Origin: Octopus bimaculoides
Lineage: Eukaryota
DNA length: 64,000 nucleotides
NCBI RefSeq assembly: GCF_001194135.2
Contig: NC_068985.1
Coordinates: 16,999,958-17,063,957, forward strand
Direction of reading: 5' to 3'
Below are positions 23,696-36,858 of this stretch, piece by piece. The notes under the pieces are model-generated. The model did not search any database and had not been told where the DNA came from. It saw only the letters and a program-made list of their open reading frames with translations. How positions within the stretch are numbered: the stretch's first letter is position 1; each line of letters begins with the position of its first letter. The position numbers were made by a program, and so were the translations under genes.

Positions 23696-26600
23696 NNNNN
23701 NNNNNNNNNNNNNNNNNNNNNNNNNNNNNNNNNNATATATATATATATATATATATACAACTGGCTTCTTTCAGTTTCTAACTCCCAACTCTACTCACAA
23801 GGCTTTAGTCAACCTGAGGCTATAGTAGAAGACACTTGCCAGAGGTATCAAGTGGTGAACCCAGAACAATGTGGTTGGGAATCAAGCTTCTTACCACATA
23901 GCCATGCCTGCACCTTCTCCCCAAAGATTAATAGTTTGAATAATTATAATTGGCCAAAGTAGGATTCATGTATTTCTAGTGTGTTTTAAAATTTTGTTCA
24001 CTCCAGAAGAATGAAATGTAATATTCACCCAGTAGGTTTGGAATTCAGAATGAAATATAATTTATTTCTCAACTAGAATTCTATCAATTGTGCCTTATAT
24101 CTCCCTATAAGAGGTATTAATAAAAAGTTAAGAAAATAGATTTTAAAATATTTTATTTCATAATAAATAGACACAGGCATGGTTGTGTGGTGAAGAAGCT
24201 CTTTTTGTAACCATGTTGCTCTTAGTGCTATTATTGAAGGTATAGAGTAATCATAATGAATTTTATTTATTTTTCTATTTAAAGATTTGATTTAATTTTA
24301 TCAAAACGTCCATGCTGAAAGGTGAGGAAAGAATTGTCTCCCTTAGACATTAGCTATAGCATGTCATCCATAACGAAACGAAACTTCGTATGTAGTTATT
24401 TATAACTCTTCTCCTTGCTAAAAGTGCTGCTGTAATGATTCTATTTAAAAGAACATTATTCACAAAAGTAAACAACAAGAAATAAATAAAGAAAACAGAT
24501 ATGGATATCAATAAATAAAGAATCAAAATAGAGGCTTACACACTCCCTCGATTATACATTCCCTATTAAAATTTTTTGAGACATCCCTCAATACTCATGA
24601 CACTACTTCTGGTGTGGCTGAATACTAGAACAGCCAGATACTCATTCAAGCATCATCTGATACATCAAGGAGGCAAGATGCTAGTCCAGTACATTCCAAC
24701 ATCTCAAAAGCTTCAGGTGGGAAATGTAATCTGTTAAAAGACAACAGTATTTTAGTATCTAATTTTGTTCAGTTATGGATGCTGTAACACCTACTTCTAC
24801 AGCAGCATTAAGGACGTGTGATGGAGTAAATGAGTAACAAACAGTGGTGCCCCATATGAGGTCTCTGCCTTTGACTATGTGGTAAGAAGTTTGCTTCCCA
24901 ATCACACAGGTCTGGGTTCAGTCCTACTGCATGGCACCTTGGGCAGATGTTTTCTAGAGGATAGTTTAGCTCTCATCTGCTGCTGACCCTATGCAAAGCA
25001 AATGCAAAGCCCACAAATATTGTTCCCTTAAGTACCAGAGAAACCAGGTTAGAGAGTATTATCGGCCACTGAAATCCATTAAAATAAAGCTGTCATTGTT
25101 TTATCTATGAACCAAAACAAAATTTACACAAGTCAAGTTAGATATACAAGGGAGGCAATAAAGTATTGCTTGTTTCTGCAATAGGAGGTGGATGAACAAT
25201 TTACTGTGGAATTCTTGGAATTGTCAACCATTTATATGCTAATATTATGAGTGCATAATTCAGTTTACTGAACAAGTGGAATATTCAATGTTGAAACTGA
25301 CTATTTAGTTTTCACTTATAATTGTTAAAATAAATATAAATCAAAACCAAAAGTTAAATAATGCAGTTTGAAATTTAGAACAATATAAAATATACTCAAG
25401 GATAAATATGAAAAGCTAATATATTTATTGTCTCGTGATAATTCTTAATTATGTATTCATTCATAGTTTATATATAGAATTTTTAAATTATTTGCATAAA
25501 TTCATACATATTTAATATCCATGCAACTGCATTGGTGTGCAGAATGTTTCTTGCTAATTTTGGCACAAAACAAGTGATTTTAAGGGGAGGGGCAGGCTGA
25601 TTACTTTGACCTCAGTTCTCAAACAGTACTTATCTTATTACTCCTGGAAGAATGAATGGCAAAGTTGACCTCATTGGAATTTGACCTCAGAATGTAGAGA
25701 GCCTGAAGAAATGACACAGCATTTTGGCCAGAGTGATAATGACTCTACTTGCTCAATACCGTAACGACACAAAATATTGGTTTCAAATTTTGGAACAAGG
25801 TCAGCAATTTTAGGGGAAGGAAAGTCAATTACATCAACCCCAGTGCTCGATTAGTGCTTATTTTCATTTGACTCCAAAAAGACTGAAAGGCAAAGTCAAC
25901 CTTGGCAAAATTTGAACTCTGAATGTGAAAACAGACAAAATGCTGCTAAGCATTTTGCTCAGTGTGCTAATGATTCTGCCAGCTCATTGCTTCGACCCTT
26001 TTGATACCAAGCTGGCTGAAACTGGCTCTGGCTCTGTAGTACAAATGTCTTATTTTCATAAGTTTTGAATCAAAATCTTACACCAAATCTTAGTCACAAT
26101 TTACATTCCTAACATTAGTTTAATGATAACTAAGTTATTTTACTAAATTTTTTGTTATATTTAAAATAATTGAAAGAAACACAGAGCATCTGAAAATATA
26201 TACGGAAACGAAAGGTTTAATGATACATAAAATATAAAAATACTTTTAAAATTCATAATGACATTTGTTTCAGCTCCCTACACTGTGAGTTCAACTTTAC
26301 AATTCATTCTTTCAGAGTTGATAAAAATGTATTAATTCAGGAAAGTGGATTGGCAGAATGTTTGAGGATCAGGCAAAATACCTTACAGAACTTGTTTTGG
26401 ATCTTTATATCAGTCAGTAACATTTACTATGACACTAGTGCCAAAATGTACTGGCTCACAGCCTTTCCCATGGATAAACATGAGTCTTGCAGAGAGGAAA
26501 GATCTGTATGTACAGACAACTACCTTCCTTTCAAAAATCTTGCCCCACTCTGCACATAACTGTGCAAATATATGGTCAACTTTGACCAAAGGAGACCAAA

Positions 26601-27288
26601 ATCTATCTTTTACTGTTATTTCACTCACCTTTACTACTCTAACAAGCTGTACAACACCTTCACCTGCTCAATACCTTCACCTCTCTCTTCTCTTATCACT
26701 TTTATTATGTCTGTCTTTAAAATTCTCTTACTAACCAGTTTTCCGAATTCTTCATTCTCAAAGTGTCAATCCACTGGAATTCCCTCCATGCCAATGTTTT
26801 CCTAACAAGCATTGACTGAAAGATGTTTAAACTGAATGCAAACTGTTTCAATGTTGCCAGTCTCAAAGAGCCTGAAATATCACGGGCATTGCCATCAGTG
26901 TTACTGCAACCTCCATTCTATGCCTGGGTTTTGAATTTTCCACTTCTAAAGAAGCTTTGGTAAAATATCTGAAATGATTCTGCTAAGCACTTTTTGTATG
27001 TTTTTAGAAGAATTGCTGGAATGAAATTAAGAGCCTTCTGCTGAGTTCTGGCTTATTCTATCTATGAGAGATACTGATAGTTGCCTCCTTATTTATGCAA
27101 AGTTGCAATATTGTAGAAAACACCTTACTTAGCTTTCTGCGTGTGTACCAAACGAAATTGTTTTCAACCACAAAGTCTTGGGTTCAGTCCTACTGCATGG
27201 CACCTGAAGCAAGTGTCTTCTACTATAACCCTAGGCCAACCAAAGCCTTGTGAGTGAATCTGGTAGACAGAAACTGAAAAAAGCCCAT

Positions 27289-27339
<51 letters not shown>

Positions 27340-30300
27340 TAGGGAATGAGCATGTTACTGCTGCTTTGTCTTGGAATTGTGTGATAGTTGTAAATGAGTG
27401 TTATTTCTATGCAAGTGGTGGTCCTTCATTTCCAATCTTCTGTGAAAAGATGTCTGACCATGGGGAAATAATGTTACTTGGAAACAGGTGAGGGGCGGTG
27501 ACAGGAAAGGCATCCAGCTGCAGAAAATGTGTTGCAATGAATTTCATCTGACCCATGCAAGCATAGAAAAATGATGATGGTGATGATGATGGTGATGATG
27601 ACGATGATGATGTTGAAGAAAAGACTGTTGAACTGATCATTCAATAGTTTCCTCCTTTCTGAGATACTGTAACAGAACAACTGCCTTCAAACAATGCCTT
27701 GAGGCTTTGCAAATCTGCAGCAGATTTTTGGATTTGTTTTTCTGTTTTATACAGCCTTGGTTTCTTATACTGCTCACACATTTTATTCCCAATTTTTAAG
27801 TGTTTTTTGTTTTTGTTTTCCTTCGTCATTGCTTCACCTATTTAAGAGATTTCAAGCCTTTTGTTTTTTGTCCAAAGGAACAAAGAAAAACATTTTTATA
27901 AACCTTGACCTCCCTTTCAAGGACATATTTCATTCATAGAGAATTCTTGACATACAATTCTTTAGTTTCATGTTATTGTTTTGAACAGAGAATTTTATGC
28001 CACAGTTCTATATTTAAGAGATGGGGAATTATGTACATTATTTACATTTGACAGATATTTGTCCCCATCTTTTACTATAGCCTCGGGCCGACCAAAGCCT
28101 TATGAGTGGATTTGGTAGACAGAAACTGAAAGAAGACTGTTGTATATATGTATATATATATATATATATATATAGATATGTATGTGTGTGTATATGTTTG
28201 TCCCCCCAACATCGCTTGACAACCGATGCTGGTGTGTTTACATCCCTGCAACCTAACAGTTCGGCAAAAGAGACCGATAGAATAAGTACTAGACTTACAA
28301 AGAATAAGTCCTGGGATCGATTTACTCGACTAAAGGCAGTGCTCCAGCATGGCCACAGTCAAATGCCTGAAACAAGTAAATGAGTAAAGGAGTATATAAA
28401 TAGTTTCTTAGTCCAGGGGGACAGGCAATATCCATGACCCTTTACAAGGCCTCAGAGACTGGTAGGAAGAAGGAAAATATCCTCACATCAAGTCCTGGTT
28501 TAAATTCTTGAAACAGAGAAACTTGGCAAAAGGCAGCCAAGGACCAGGTAATGGTGCTAACACAAGTAAACAGTCAAAATTTTTTCTCTATATGAACAGC
28601 AGTTTTTTCTTGGTGAGCATAATTTAAGATAGCTAAGGTATTCGGTTCACAATTGTAAGGTCAGGAGTTCGATTCCCAGAGTTCCATTGTGTCCATGAGC
28701 AAGACCCTTTATTTCACATTGCTCCAGTCAACTCAGTTGGCAAAAGTGAGTTGTATCTGAGATTCAAAGGGCCAGTCTTATCACATTGTGTTACACTTAA
28801 TATCCCTGAGAACCATATTAAAAGCATGCGTGTTTGTGGAGTGCTCAGCCATTTGCATGTTAATTTTATGAGCAGGCTGTTCCATTGATCAGATCAATTA
28901 GAATACTTGTCATAACTGACAGAGTATTAAATATTTTATCTTCTTTGGTTTGAGAATTACTTCTTACCGCCAAACATACGTTTTCAGAAGAAAGTTTACA
29001 AACTTCAATTTAACACATTCTTTGAGTGATAAAAATAAAGAGAAATAATATAGACTTAAATGTCCTGATAATTCTGAAAACCATATGCACAAACAAACAA
29101 CAAATATTCTCTTCTCAATTTTTATTCAGTGATGTTTACAGTTGAGTTCAATTAGAGATTTCAGTCAGTTGTTGAGATATTTTCCTTGTTTCTCAACTTA
29201 TCTTAAATCCAACTAACTTTGAAAAATTCCTTCAATTTTAGATACTTCAATAGTTGTGTCACCTTCTCCTACAGCAGTCAACACATTTGAAAAATCTACT
29301 TCATTTTCATCCATTATTTAGTAATTGTATTTCAAGGTTTTAAGTGACTGGCCATTTTATACAGTTTTTATCATTTCCCTTTTGTTTCTATGAACCCAAA
29401 ATCTGCTGCTGCCAGTGGTTGAGATCATGTTATTGTTTATCTCCAGAGAACATATTTTTACACCTTTTGCACTGATCCTTTACAAAGTCAATGCATGAAT
29501 GAAGGGAAGATACAATATTAGATAAGACTACTGTATTGTAATTGCCAAAACAAATCATTTAAATCCCTTTAATAGCATAATTCTGGTTAACCTATTATAG
29601 CAGCGACTCCATCTAAGAATATCTGAAAAAGGAATTGTATTCCGAAATATCATCAGACTATGGATAACTAAATTATAACAGGTATATAGTCCATTTTTTG
29701 TATTATAGTGCATTGTTGTACCATTCAAAACTTTTTATTGTTTACAAACAATACACAATGCTTCAAGCGAACTACAATACTCTCCTTACTAATGTTTGTC
29801 TATATTTATAACTCTTTTAGCAACTTCCAAGCTGTGTTATTGGCAAACGTTTTTCAAATCATTTATGGTCAAAAAACCTGGTGAATTTTGAAAAATTCCT
29901 CAGTTATGTTAATTGCAAAGCTACTGTTATGAGCAGATTTGAGTGTGAAAATATATTGGTGTAATGCAAGTGAACTGTATCACTGGAGATATGGCAATAA
30001 CCTAAGAAGGGAACATAAACTATGAGGACTGATATTTAAGTCACTAGATTTGAAATCAAGGTAGACTTGGCCTTTCATTCTTCCACAAGTACCAGTGAAA
30101 TACTGGGAGGGAGTTCAATTTAATAGAATCTGCCTTTTTTAAACTCGTCTAGGTTTGTGCTCACATTAATAATCATTATTTCCTTTAACACTAGTTAAGG
30201 ATTAGATAGAGTAATATTCAGTTACTTCCCTTCAATCTGTGTTCAAATACCACAAGGATTGATTTTGCTTTTTATTTCCTCTGCAGCAGTAATTTTCAAC

Positions 30301-33300
30301 CTCTTTACTTTATGGGGAAACCTTAACTACAATCCCTGTCTCTAGGAGCCCCTACTTAAAAACTAATAGACATCTTTAGTAACCATTCTTTCACAAAGAT
30401 GTATTTCTTAAGAGATTAACATATAAAACTGTTATGTCTCAAGCTACTGCTATCTAGCACCTTCGGATGATCGCTACTCAACTGCTACACAACTGCTACT
30501 CAACACACCTACCACGGCCAGACTACCTCTATTTATATGTCTTGAGAGAACCTACTTCTTCGCCTGGGAGCGTCGACACAACAAAAACCTATCTTTAAAA
30601 GGTATCATCAACACCTGGACATTACTGTCTCAAGTCTGAAGACTCATTGGACCAGTTCCCAGTTCCCATGATGTATAAGTGACCAAGATTACAACATTCT
30701 CCTGAATGAGACAGCAATCCATCAAAGGGTTTCTCATTTATAACTGATTGAACTGGAGCCACATGAAATGAAGTCTTTTACTCAAGAACAGAATGCACCA
30801 TTTGGTCCAGGAATATTATCACAATTTTGCAACCATGAGTTCAGGATAAGAAATGTTGTCTTAAAGATCTTGTTTCAACCAAATTCCCTATGAAGTGGTC
30901 ATTTCTCCTGAAGGATCTCCTTACTATTTACAGATGACAAGACTTCAAATAAGTCAGGTGTGTATAATAAAATTACATACAGAGAATTAAATAAAAACAA
31001 ATATGATTTTTAAAAAATGCACTTGCATATTATTATTTCATTGTTTCTTGTGGGACCTCAGTTGGGAAACACTGGTTAGTGGGTGGGGTGGGGGGTTGAT
31101 GAATCAAGTAGCAGAAATATAATGGAGACTGATTCAATTCTACTAAACTTTAAAATATTTAAATAACAATTAGGGACAAGCACCGTTTTTGTGGTTAAGA
31201 AGCTTACACTGCAATCACGTGGTTTCAGGTTCAGTTCCATTGCATGTATCTTCTATTATAGCCCTGGGCCAACCAATAGCTTGTGAGTTGATTTGGTAAA
31301 TGGAAACTGTGTACAGGTCTATCATATAAAGATGTGTGTGTGTGTGTGTGTGTATAAAGATGCAAGTATGTGTGTGTGTGTCTTTGTGTTTGTCACCCCA
31401 TCATCAATTGACAAGCAATGTTAGTTTGTGAAATCAATTTACCAACTTCCCTGAAATTGCCAGCTTTGTGTCCCCACCTGTCCCTTGTGTTGTATTGTCC
31501 CTTATTGTTTTGTGCTTAGCCTTTGTGGCCAATAAAGAAAAGATTATCATTATTATTACTAATTATTATTATTATTATTTGTTTACCTGTTACTTAACAA
31601 AGCCAGCGGCTGTCATGATAGTTGCTCTTTGTCTTTTAATTCTCTCTTCTTACCATCCCCAATCTTCACTTTATTTAAAATTCCTCACTTTTTTCTTTTG
31701 CTTGGTTGAAGGCATCAGCATTTTCTACTAAGTCCCTTGCCAATTCCTAGGTTCCTCTCCACCTTGCCCTACCCCTATACATCTGACATCTGTCTCTCCT
31801 CCTTCCTTTCTCATTCACAACATCCCACCCACATCCACATCTCTTCTTCCCCACACCCACATCCCTTCCACAGGCTAAGCAACAACTTTCTCACTTCCTT
31901 GCTCTCAGACAAAGACTGAAGTTTGAAATAACCAGATTCTTCATTTTTTTCCACAGCAACTGAACTTATCAAACTCTCTTCATAACCATTAGAATAGCAA
32001 ACAAATGATAGAGCCTCTACATGGTCATACGATATACTAGAAATAGCAGCCAAATTTCCCTCAGATCACACCCTACTGTCTTAAAAGAACACAAATTAGA
32101 TGATGTAGTCCTGGATGCATATTGCCTGATAAAAGACAATAGGGCCAACATCTCTGTGCTTCTGATCATAAGACTGCTTAATCAAGGTTGACCTGGGGTT
32201 AAACAACAATAACAGTATTTATGCATACTTTTGTGCACTGTTTTATGAAACATTTCTGTAAAACCCAACATGGCAAACAATTTAGGAAACAATAATTTTA
32301 AGGAACTCCACTAAAAGTTTTAAGATATCTAACAAATAAAAATATATGATTTAAATATATTTCCAGAATATGATAGTCATAATATGAAAAAATGAATATA
32401 TCCATTCCATGTCACAATTTAACTTCACAAGGCATAATAGAATACCATAAAATATACCATTTCTTGTAAGGAACAATTGAAAAAAAATTATATATAAAGA
32501 CAATTCAAATAGAAATGTTTCATATTTAAAATCTGAATAAAACCCCTAAGTCACCACTATTCCCAGGTCTGCTCAGGTCTGGATCAGTACCTATTAAGGG
32601 CTCCATTTTTGGTCAAATAAACTATGGTCTTGTGGCTTAGGCATAGAGGACTCAGAGGAGGTTTGGTTCTTTAACATGTTCACACAGGCCTACCAGTGTA
32701 TGTGAACATGCTTTGATGTGATGGGAGCCAGCTCCCTTGCCTAAGGGTTAATTAGGCCATGTGCCTCAAGAGTAAGCTCAGAGACAGAATAGTAAACCAC
32801 TGCTGTATTTTATCCATAAAAATCATTAATCTTCAGACTTTAGAAGAGGAGAGGGGGTTCTGTGATCGCTGACACCCATAGGACATGGCACAAGAAGAAA
32901 GAAAATAAAGAATTATAAAATATATACTTCTTTCTGGTGATATGATAACAGATATTGAAAGCAGTGAGTTTCATCCGTCGATATGTTCTGAGTTCAAATG
33001 CTGCTGAGGTCAACTTTACCTTTCATCTGTTTGGGGGTCAATAAAATAAGTACCAGTTGAGCACTGGAGTTGGTGTAATCAACTAACCCCCTTCTCCAAA
33101 TTTTCAGGCCTTGTGCCTATAGTAGAAAGGATGTGATAAGAGATATTTCATATTAAAGCAGAAACTACAAACAACCCACTGACGAGATTGCTGTCCTGTC
33201 AGTAGTCCAGTTTCTCCTTTTAGTCCCAAATTAGTGTTTATTATATCTAATATCACTTTATGTTGAAAATTTTAGCATTTAATTCATTCTTAACTATATT

Positions 33301-33858
33301 TATTTGAAAATATTTTAAATATTTCAACAGTGTAATCAAATAAAAGCTTTCAAAGAGCCTATCAAAAGGTGATTGATAAATTATCCTTGAAAAGACAAAA
33401 ATCAATACATTGTATGGAATGGGATGGGGGCAGTTCAACTGACCCTTGTATCAAACTGTTTTATTGATCCTGGGAGGTTTAAAGGCAAAACAAATTTAGC
33501 AGAATTTGATCTTACATCAAAAGATGACAATGTGTTTAGTCGTCTACTCCAACCATAAAACTAATCTTTTACACAGAAGTTAAAAATTTTAATAGCTTTT
33601 GGCAGAAAGAAATAACCATTACAGGGGATATAAAACAAAGGGCTCATCAAAATAATTGATACATTTAACAACAATGAGTAAAAAAAAAAAAAACAGAAAA
33701 AGAAATAGTTATTAAAATGTTCATTATAACATACACTTAGAAAACAAAAACAATGTATATTACAGGATTGTGAAAGAGTATTGTGACTGATGACACACAG
33801 ACATTAGCAACACTGGTAAAATAAATAAAATCCAAACATTCTATCACAGAATCAACTA

Positions 33859-34567
33859 TCATTTTTTGCTGAGTAAAATGGCTCTTTTAATTTGGAGCCA
33901 GTCAGGTAATGGTTTGGGGGAATAAAGCTTTGTCAAGTTATTCCAGTGAAATGGTTCCATTCTCTCAATGACATGATCAGGTAGAACCCACGATGTCACT
34001 TTATTCTGGTCTTGGAAATAGAGTCTCCAACCATTTGAATCTTGTATTTGGTGAACTGTAAAATTATCAGGAAGTTGTGAATCTTGTATGCGTATTCCAC
34101 ACATACACCTTTCTTCCATTCTAAGAGTTTGCCATAAAAGTCGACTGCGATCTTCATTCATATTTTGTACATAGGTGTAATAAAAACTCGACTGTGTTGC
34201 ATCCACACTTTGTTGCTTAGATAAAGTAGGTGGAACTGCAGCAGGAGGGCGACTGTCAAGGAAAAAGTTGTTATCAGGTGTGGTTACCTGCTGATTATTG
34301 TTAGTTTGAAGGCCTACAGAACCATGGAAATTTTCAACAACTCCTTGCATAATGTTATCAGAGTCAGAAGGTTTTCTCATAATGGGATACAGTAGCTTCA
34401 CATCCTGCACTTTTTCAATGTTGTCAATTGGATGAACTTTGTAGTATTCAATTAGTGAGGCCAAGGATTTAAAATTACCAAGCTCATAGAGTAAGCAAAA
34501 TGATTCTCCACCTTGACTGTCTCTGACAATCTTGATATTGACATGTTTAATGTGACGGTTGGACAAT
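33859..34567 (-). CDS. Terminal coding exon of an SH2-domain protein: C-terminal half of SH2, low-complexity linker, CxCG plus WW-like module, stop
   Basis: The 247-aa ORF contains IKHVNI...FKSLASLIEYYKVHPI...VKLLYPI, matching the SH2 betaD to alphaB to betaG pattern. A polypyrimidine acceptor TTTTCTTTTAAATTACAG| places the exon start at 34567 (phase 2), so the first 11 ORF residues are intronic. No stop occurs until 33859. Confidence 0.85.
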
Positions 34568-35040
34568 CTGTAATTTAAAAGAAAATATAAAACTTTAGTC
34601 ACTGTTTATCATGTATTGAGATGTCATTTTTAGAATTACAACACACAATGAAACAATTAATAAGGCTTTAAACAAACACCAAGAATTTTTGCAATTTTCA
34701 GTCTGTTTTCTGTTTGGCACTTATTTGAAATTATTTGAAAATTAATACAAGTTTTCTTAGAATTAATAGCAGTTTTTTAGTGGCTAGTGAAAAAAAAAAA
34801 AACCCAAATTTATGAAATTAACAGGAAAAGTTTATTCAAAAATACCAATAACTTTTGAAAATACATTTAATTATATAGGTAGAGGCATGGCTGTGTGGTT
34901 AAGGATCTCATTTGCAACCATATGATTTCAGGTTCAGTCCCACTGCATGGCACCTTGGGCAAGTGTCTTCAACTATAGCCCCAGCTGACTAATGCCTTGT
35001 GAGTGAATTTAGTGGAGGGAAACTATGTGGAAGCCCATTG

Positions 35041-35093
<53 letters not shown>

Positions 35094-35325
35094 ATGTGTC
35101 TGTGCTTGTTACCCAACCCCACTGCTAGACAACTAGTGTTTGGCTTGTTTATATCCCTGTAACTTAGCAGTTCAACAAAAGAAACTGATAGAATAAATAC
35201 AACACTTTAAAAATAAGTACTGGAGCTGATTTGTTTGACTAAACCCCAGCATGGCCACAGTGCAATGATTGAAAGAAGTAAAAGACAGAAGATGGACTCA
35301 GTAAAAATAATCAAAGACATAATTA

Positions 35326-35657
35326 CAGTAATAACTCACTTTACGAGGACCCACTTTAAGAGACCCAGTTTTATTTTATAATAAATACAAAGTTTGAGGA
35401 GGAGATTGAGAGGGTCGGCTTGAGAAGCGAGGATGCCCAGAACCAGGCAAGATGGTGTGAGGGCAGTTGCTATGGCATTGAGGTAGATCCAGCCACCCCT
35501 GTTAATGGGGAAAAAACCCGGATTCAAAATGATGGATGATGAACAAAGTGCAAAAGATTCTACTACCATAACAAATGCTTCTGCGTGTTACTGAGAAATT
35601 TATAGAGAGCGAAAAAAAGCTTCTTCTAAGCAGACAACTCTAGACTTGTTTTTTTAA
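35326..35657 (+). mobile_element. Tigger/pogo-like DNA transposon remnant
   Basis: TA followed by the TIR-like start CAGTAATAACTCACTTTACGAGG. It ends in KQTTLDLFF*, similar to the C-terminal QxTLDxFF tail of Tigger transposases. Confidence 0.5.
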
Positions 35658-35682
35658 AAAGAAATCTACAAGTCTATGCGTA

Positions 35683-35906
35683 GAAGTGGCTGTGTGGTAA
35701 GTAGCTTGCTTACCAACCACATGGTTCTGGGTTCAGTCCCACTGTGTGGCATCTTGGACAAGTGTTTTCTACTATAGCTTCGGGCCGACCAAAGCCTTGT
35801 GAGTGGATTTGGTAGACGGAAACTGAAAGAAGCCCGTCGTATATATGTATATNNNNNNNNNNNNNNNNNNNNNNNNNNNNNNNNNNNNNNNNNNNNNNNN
35901 NNNNNN

Positions 35907-35947
<41 letters not shown>

Positions 35948-36154
35948 ATGTTTGTGTGCCTGTGTTTGTCCCCCCAACATGGCTTGACAACCGATGCTGG
36001 TGTGTTTAGGTCCCCGTAACTTAGCGATTTGGCAAAAGAGACCGATAGAATAAGTACTAGGCTTACAAAGAATAAGTCCTGGGGTCGATTTGCTTGACCA
36101 AAGGCAGTGCTCCAGCATGGCCACAGTCAAATGACTGAAACAAGTAAAAGAGTA
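35683..36154 (+). mobile_element. Composite SINE with internal (TA)/(TG) microsatellite; many copies (e.g. 34880-35285 +, 59295-59812 +, 54355-54818 -, 63085-63605 -, 28070-28390 +)
   Basis: A tRNA-like head GGCTGTGTGGTAAG...GGTTCAGTCCC, a conserved body (CCTTGTGAGTGGATTTGGTAGACGGAAACTG) and a conserved tail (CAGCATGGCCACAGTCAAATGACTGAAACAAGTAAAAGAG) recur across the window. Confidence 0.85.
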
Positions 36155-36500
36155 AGTCTGTCTACGAGTGCTTGTGAATCAGCAATCGCGTCTACAAGTG
36201 ATGGTATGCAAGTGAAAGTGATTAAAAAAAACGATTATATTTTTCATTATAAATGATCTTGACACATTCTTTTTAATCTACATAAAATATTCTTTACATT
36301 CTGCTGTTGTTTTATTGCCATCTGTTTACAAGTATTATAAATTTTATAGGTAAAATATTTTTCTGGGAACAAATTGATTTATAACATTGTTACTATGGGA
36401 AATTATTGCTCTGCTTTACAAGTTTTCCCTTTACAAGTGGTCTCCAGGAACAAATTAACTCATATATCAAGGCATTACTGTATAAAGAAAAAAAATATTA

Positions 36501-36827
36501 CGGAGATGTACTTGCATAGCAAGTGACCTGATCTGAGATTGTGTGCTGGAACGAAAACAATTGCAGCGTGGAAGGTGTTTATAAGCCATTTAAAATGGCA
36601 CACAAAAACCGTTAGATTCACTTCAGCATTTAAATTTAATTTGTCAAAATATTTTCGTCGCTTTGAGACCGCGACCTGTTCACTGAGATGCAGCACAGAA
36701 TTTTGTCAGTGAACAGGTTGCGGTCTCAAAGCGACGAAAATATTTTGACAAATTAAATTTAAATGTTGAAGTGGATCTAACAGTTTTTGTGTGTTATTTT
36801 AAATGGCTAATAAACACCTTCCATGCT
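36501..36827. mobile_element. Palindromic MITE-like element with a truncated right arm
   Basis: Arms 36565-36686 and 36706-36827 are near-perfect reverse complements around a 19-nt loop. Confidence 0.8.
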
Positions 36828-36853
36828 CTGAAAAAAGAAAAATGATAGCTTAC

Positions 36854-36858
36854 TCAAC
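36854..36858 (-). CDS. Probable last 5 nt of the missing middle SH2 exon (remainder inside the N gap 36859-37257)
   Basis: The gap edge reads (minus strand) GTT GA|GTAAGC. A phase-2 end matches the phase-2 start of the terminal exon, giving ...V-E-L-S-N-R-H-I-K-H, which fits SH2 betaC to betaD. Only 5 nt are visible. Confidence 0.4.

Noticed and set aside
29150-29500. Minus-strand TIT*SQPLAAA, reminiscent of the pogo/Tigger DDE motif NTTS..QPLD.G
   Set aside because: Too decayed to delimit or support as a feature.
35336-35569. 77-aa minus-strand ORF ending at a GTGAGT donor in the right phase to splice onto the terminal SH2 exon
   Set aside because: The translation has no SH2 betaB/betaC features, and the donor lies within the TIR-like end of a Tigger-like remnant. 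It is probably coincidental, although exonisation cannot be excluded.
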